A DNA stretch of 64,000 nt from Tubulanus polymorphus. Its lineage: Eukaryota > Animalia > Nemertea. Location: the NCBI RefSeq assembly GCF_964204645.1, contig NC_134029.1:6510001-6574000 (forward strand), read 5' to 3'. The notes beneath the pieces were generated by a model. It worked only from the letters and a program-made list of their open reading frames with translations, had not been told where the DNA came from and ran no database searches. Both the position numbers and the translations under genes were made by a program. Shown here piece by piece: positions 50,824 through 64,000 of this stretch. Position 1 is the first letter of the stretch, and each line of letters begins with the position of its first letter.

Positions 50824-51906
50824 CTAAATTTTTCCTTTTCCATATTGGATAATAATGGGTCTACTGTTCAGTTTGTAGCCATTTACAAGTAACATCGCCT
50901 CAGTAGCAGTTTCAGCATTGTCGAAAGTAACAAACGCTTGACCTTTCATTCTCCCGCGCAATAAACGATAAAGAATTTTCGGAGAATTTACGGCCTTTTT
51001 TTGAAATCGCACAAATAACGAGACTAAATCCGCCTCCGAGATGTTGCTCGGGAGATTTTTTAAGTAAAGAATGTTTGACTTTTCTCCGGGTTTGTAATCT
51101 TTAAAACGCGGCAAATTTTTTATTTCTTCCAACGATATTCGGTTACTTTTTATATCCTCGGTTGGGATATGTTTCACGGGACCGATAAACTCGTGTGCGG
51201 GCAAACTTTTATTTTTCACGACACTACACTCATCATCTGAACTGTCATTTTCACAACTTTGATTGTTCTTTTCTCCGATATCTTCGCCCGATGTTTTAGT
51301 TTTGATCAAATCTTCCGCCAATGCTTTAATGCGAAACATCGGGTGACGCGCGCTTACCGGCGCAGCGTCACGGTCGTGCTCTTTAGCGACGGTCGTAAAA
51401 GCTTTATAAACCTGTGCTTTTCCGTTGTCTAATTTCCCCATCAACGATATCTCCAAATCCATTTCGTGTCTCCCGAGATGTCGTTTACCCGAAAAAGTAT
51501 CCGGCGCGTCAAGCGTTTTTAGTTTCTTCGAAATTTGACTGTCGATGTTTTTCAATTGTTCATTTCGAATTTCGGGATTGACGATAGTTTTTCGTTTCGA
51601 CTTGTTTCCCAATTTCAATCTTATCTCATTTTCTGTCAGTCCACATTGCTTTAATGATTCGTATTCACGATCATGATCGTCTAATTTAGAGAACTCTTCG
51701 AATGAAACTTGCCCGCGAAATTTTTCCGTCGACGCGTGGTGCGTTGACGCGCCAACGAATTCTTTACGATTCGAAAATTCATTTTGTAAATTAGTGTTCG
51801 TATTTATTTGTTTGCGAAGTAAAATTCTAAGTTGTTTTTCGGCTTCGGTTTCGAATTCTTCTATTTTCAATGAACCATCTTTGTTGAACTTTGAACGACT
51901 TTCCAT
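50824..51906 (-). CDS. RBM41: RNA-binding protein 41 (RNPC3/U11-U12 65K paralogue), intronless CDS
   Basis: 360-aa ORF from ATG at 51906 with EEFETEAEKQLRILLRKQI, LKQCGLTENEI and RHEMDLE motifs, and a C-terminal RRM (FKDYKPGEKSNILYLKNL...GRMKGQAFVTF...VNGYKLNSRPIIIQYGK). A splice acceptor lies just upstream (~51935). Confidence 0.88.
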   Translation of the reverse strand: MESRSKFNKDGSLKIEEFETEAEKQLRILLRKQINTNTNLQNEFSNRKEFVGASTHHASTEKFRGQVSFEEFSKLDDHDREYESLKQCGLTENEIRLKLGNKSKRKTIVNPEIRNEQLKNIDSQISKKLKTLDAPDTFSGKRHLGRHEMDLEISLMGKLDNGKAQVYKAFTTVAKEHDRDAAPVSARHPMFRIKALAEDLIKTKTSGEDIGEKNNQSCENDSSDDECSVVKNKSLPAHEFIGPVKHIPTEDIKSNRISLEEIKNLPRFKDYKPGEKSNILYLKNLPSNISEADLVSLFVRFQKKAVNSPKILYRLLRGRMKGQAFVTFDNAETATEAMLLVNGYKLNSRPIIIQYGKGKI

Positions 51907-52601
51907 CTTGAGACTAGTAATAATAATATAGACGCTGAAAAGTAAAAATAAAACATAAATTTCCACTTATTATAGATGAAGAAAAATAAATTCATGATAA
52001 GCTTTTATCTGGAACAAAGACCTACGTTTGCATTAACAAAAAAAATCGAAAAAGAATAATGGAAAAAAATAATCTAATATTTTGCTGTTAAAATGCGGGA
52101 TTCGAACACAAAGGATCACTTCGTTAGCCTGTCCCATCAATATTTCAACATGAGCCATCAAAAACATCACCAAAACCCTTATTAAATAGCCTATTAATCA
52201 ATTACTAATACCTTGTATATGGGAATTTTACAACTTTTCAGATGTAACTACGTTTTCTTTATCCATCACAGAGAGATCTAACTATATTCTTGCTCATATA
52301 TCTGAATATTTATAATATTTTCTTGACCCAAATAAATTGGTGTCGTTTCTTGAACTTCCAATTGCAAGACATACTCCTTGGGTTCGAATCCTGGTTTGCC
52401 AGCATGTTTCAGCACTGATACACGAAACCCGATAAGTTCGAGTCCTGACGTCAGACCACACAAAATTTTTTTTTTTTCACATTTCTTTTTATTTCACTGA
52501 TCAATACATTGGTAGTCTTTATGTACATTCATTAGTTCTATCTACTAATATTCACATTTACATTTTTTACAGATCAACCAAGCCCGGAAAAAATCTGCTT
52601 A

Positions 52602-52758
52602 GGGATCATTCATTTATTACGTACGCATAAAATTTGAATTTTTCAACCCCCTCCCCCTCTGTACTCAAAATCGGCCATTTTTTCATATACATTAAGCATT
52701 ACAGTACGCAATTGCACTGACCCCTCCCTTGATGCGTACGTAATAAATGAATGACCCC
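52602..52758. mobile_element. PIF/Harbinger-type MITE between CLPX and RBM41
   Basis: 27-bp TIR GGG(A/G)TCATTCATTTATTACGTACGCAT with TTA duplication on both sides. Confidence 0.8.
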
Positions 52759-53604
52759 TTATTCAATAAGAAGGATCACAGTGTATTCGTGAAAAAAATT
52801 AAGATTTCCATAAGCAAACAGAATGAAAGATTTCACATATAAATAAGGCAAATTCAGATTACATTGATCGATTAAAAGCAAAATTCTACCGAGAATGATA
52901 CTTCAATTGTCCAACACAACCATTTTTAGTTCATTTTGAGAACATTTTGAAGGAAATACAGAAAAAGAAACATGATATAGAAGACCTAAGAGTTTTTTTT
53001 CTGTAAGTTAAATCATAATTGAAATATATTTAAAAACTTTTCAATTCCATAGAAGTTGATGTGCGATCAAATTTGGATGAAGTATATTGAAAGAGAAAAC
53101 CCCCCAGAAAGACGATTAAATCAATATGGGCAAACAAGAGTCCATCACATCACGAAACCGTTGCAAAAGTTTTATACAGATTTTGAGAACACCATGAATC
53201 TTTTCAAATAAATGAAAAACAGAAAATAACTAATTGGTTATATAGAAAAAAAAATTAAAGCTTTTCAGTACTGTTTAATTATGAATTTACGCATTCTCTG
53301 AAAAGTTAGAATATTTTCTTACAAGTCAGGCAAAAAATGTACTGGTATGTTGTCGGGAAAAAACTTAATATCATTCATTTCTTTTTTCATAGTAACAACA
53401 TTAAAACAAATATCAAATATGTAGAAAGTTTGTCATATTCCACATACATGTTCCATATACATTATATATAATTTGTTTAAGTTTCTTTTTCTTAAATTAC
53501 ATTTCATTGAAATACTGTGATTCTCCAACGAAGCAAATACCATTGTGCAGTCTCTATCATTACTTTAATCCGTATTGCGTATATCATATACGCTAGTAAA
53601 GTTA

Positions 53605-62073
<8,469 letters not shown>

Positions 62074-63064
62074 GTAAGACTAGAAATACGATCAAACAGC
62101 CCACAAGCCAAGAGTCAGAGTAAGAGAGTTTCTCCTAATACTGAACTGTGAATAAATGGCAATCAATGCAGTCCACCTTCACTCTTCGTGTTATTACGTA
62201 ATCAATGTTTCGAAAAGTAACACTAATGTAATAGATGCAGTTTTTTCCTTCTCAAAAAGAATCAATATCGAACAATCAAACCGAAGATTTACCAAATGCT
62301 AAAACGATGGTGGTGATTTTACGTAACTTTTGAGGCGAAGTCGATTGAACTGTGTGTGTGTGTGTATAGCCTACGTGCCAAGAAGAGGAAATGACACTAA
62401 AAGCGTCCAACATCTGAGCCAGGTTCTAATCGTCTTGAGTCGTGACGAATCCGCGACGTTTTATGTTTATGTTTGTGATGTTCGTTTGCGTGTTCATCCA
62501 GCCACAACTCGACGAGAACAATCTGAATTCAGCCAAAAAAGTGAATACACCACAAAAACCGATCTGTTTACATCCAAGTTGCCGTTAATTCCAATACTGT
62601 GGAGACCACGGACAAGTGAAGCACGCATGCGTATTTTTCAGTATAGTCTCGAATCCCGCTTTTTCATACATCGGAAACCCATTTTTCATTTTAACACTTG
62701 TTTGATTGGCGTTTTCAGCACTAAAGATCGTGTGGTTTGTTAAATAGATTGTTTGCTTATTGTTATCGAGGATTATCATTATAACTAATGAAGAAAGCTA
62801 TCATTATAATTTTCGGATTCGAACCTAGAAATCGGAACTGTTAGATATAGCTTTTAGCTCGAAACTATTTTACGAAATGACTACATACTCAATAAACTGA
62901 CTAGTTCGGCATAACCGAAATATTCACCACTGAGATTTATTTTCTGTATGATTTTTATTAAAATATTAAATAAGATACTGAAATAATACTACATTTATTG
63001 ATAGTAACCATAATGATGGCTTTCGTCGTCTAGTGTACTGATTCTAAATTTATGAGTAATCAAG

Positions 63065-64000
63065 ATGGCAGCGCCCATGAAATATATTCAATTTTGCAAA
63101 AAATCTTGTTTAAATGTGTGTTTTAGTACGCTGAGAGTCAGTAGATCATTTACATCAGTGGCTGTCAACTCGACATTCCTCGAAGATTGCGGTAAATCAA
63201 AATCGAACTGTCAAAACCTGTCAAAACGTCAAAATCATCCGTTACAATGCCGATTCCTATGCCCTTACGTAACCATGTCCGAGCGTCAGTGCTGGAAATG
63301 CGGGCGTCACAACGGTGCTGCGAAGAAGGAAACGTTCTTTTGTAAATGCGGAGTCATCCAAGAGGTTCCCGATGATATAACGTATTTCGATGTGATGCGT
63401 TTGGAAAGGTCTTTCGTTCTTGACACGCAAGAATTAATCTCAAAGAAAAGGCACTTACAGAAGGAACTTCACCCTGATCGATACGGACAAAAAACGGATG
63501 TAATTATCAGAAGTGAACTGACCTAGAAAGTTAAAATCTGTTTTAATTTGAAAATGGCTTTAAATAAATTGATAAGATGGCTCATTCGATGGCTTGAAAT
63601 AGATACATTCCTCTTGGTGAGATTGTGGTTTAGTGATAGTTTTTTCATAAACCATAAGCCAACCCAATTAATTATCAATTAGCACCAGCAATAAGCAATT
63701 AGACTAAAAATTCCTGGGGTGGTCTATCATAGCCAAAGCATGTACACAATACAAAACAAATAGAAACAATGAACAGAAGTAGAAAATATATCATATCATA
63801 TGATTATTTACCATCAAAGAAGGCCATAGGCCTGCGAGCAGCCTCTTAGTCTTGTTTATGTTAGCTAGGATTTATGGCAATTTATAGAAAATGTTGCGCG
63901 CTGTGGGCTTTCCTTGTTTCACCTTCAGAAATGCTCTATGGGCCTTCAAATTACTATTTTGATTGTTAATTATTAGGCCTGAATTTTCATTTCAGATCGA
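63065..64000 (+). CDS. HSCB: Mitochondrial Fe-S cluster co-chaperone HscB (HSC20), 5' part (exon 63065-63499, next exon from 63996)
   Basis: Presequence-like N-terminus, CWKC...FFCKC cysteine motif, TYFDVM and J-domain LQKELHPDRY. GT donor at 63500, TTTCAG acceptor at 63995. Confidence 0.92.

Noticed and set aside
52375-52460. tRNA-like GGTTCGAATCC sequences
   Set aside because: Only T-arm fragments with no full cloverleaf. Treated as SINE remnants, not tRNA genes.

Overview
AT-rich, intron-containing metazoan (invertebrate, possibly spiralian) genomic DNA with a compact gene array. In order: the 3' end of SUGP1 (+); a complete diaphanous formin (-, 6346-30227) hosting an antisense histamine H3/H4-like GPCR in one intron; TDRD3 (+, head-to-head with diaphanous); cramped/CRAMP1 (-); an intronless RBM41 CDS (-); mitochondrial CLPX (-); and the start of HSCB (+, head-to-head with CLPX). 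Manual splice reconstruction shows features the ORF track misses: (i) a 4-exon antisense orphan gene inside a CLPX intron, encoding a ~315-aa type-I membrane protein with a Ser/Thr-rich ectodomain and three YxN motifs; (ii) two U12-type introns (AT-AC in diaphanous, GT-AG in cramped) near the minor-spliceosome protein gene RBM41; (iii) a candidate alternative MGN- first exon of diaphanous; (iv) a GC-AG intron in TDRD3; (v) inverted pairs of degenerate minimal hammerhead-ribozyme motifs; and many MITE-like elements. All calls come from reading the sequence by eye; no database searches were run.
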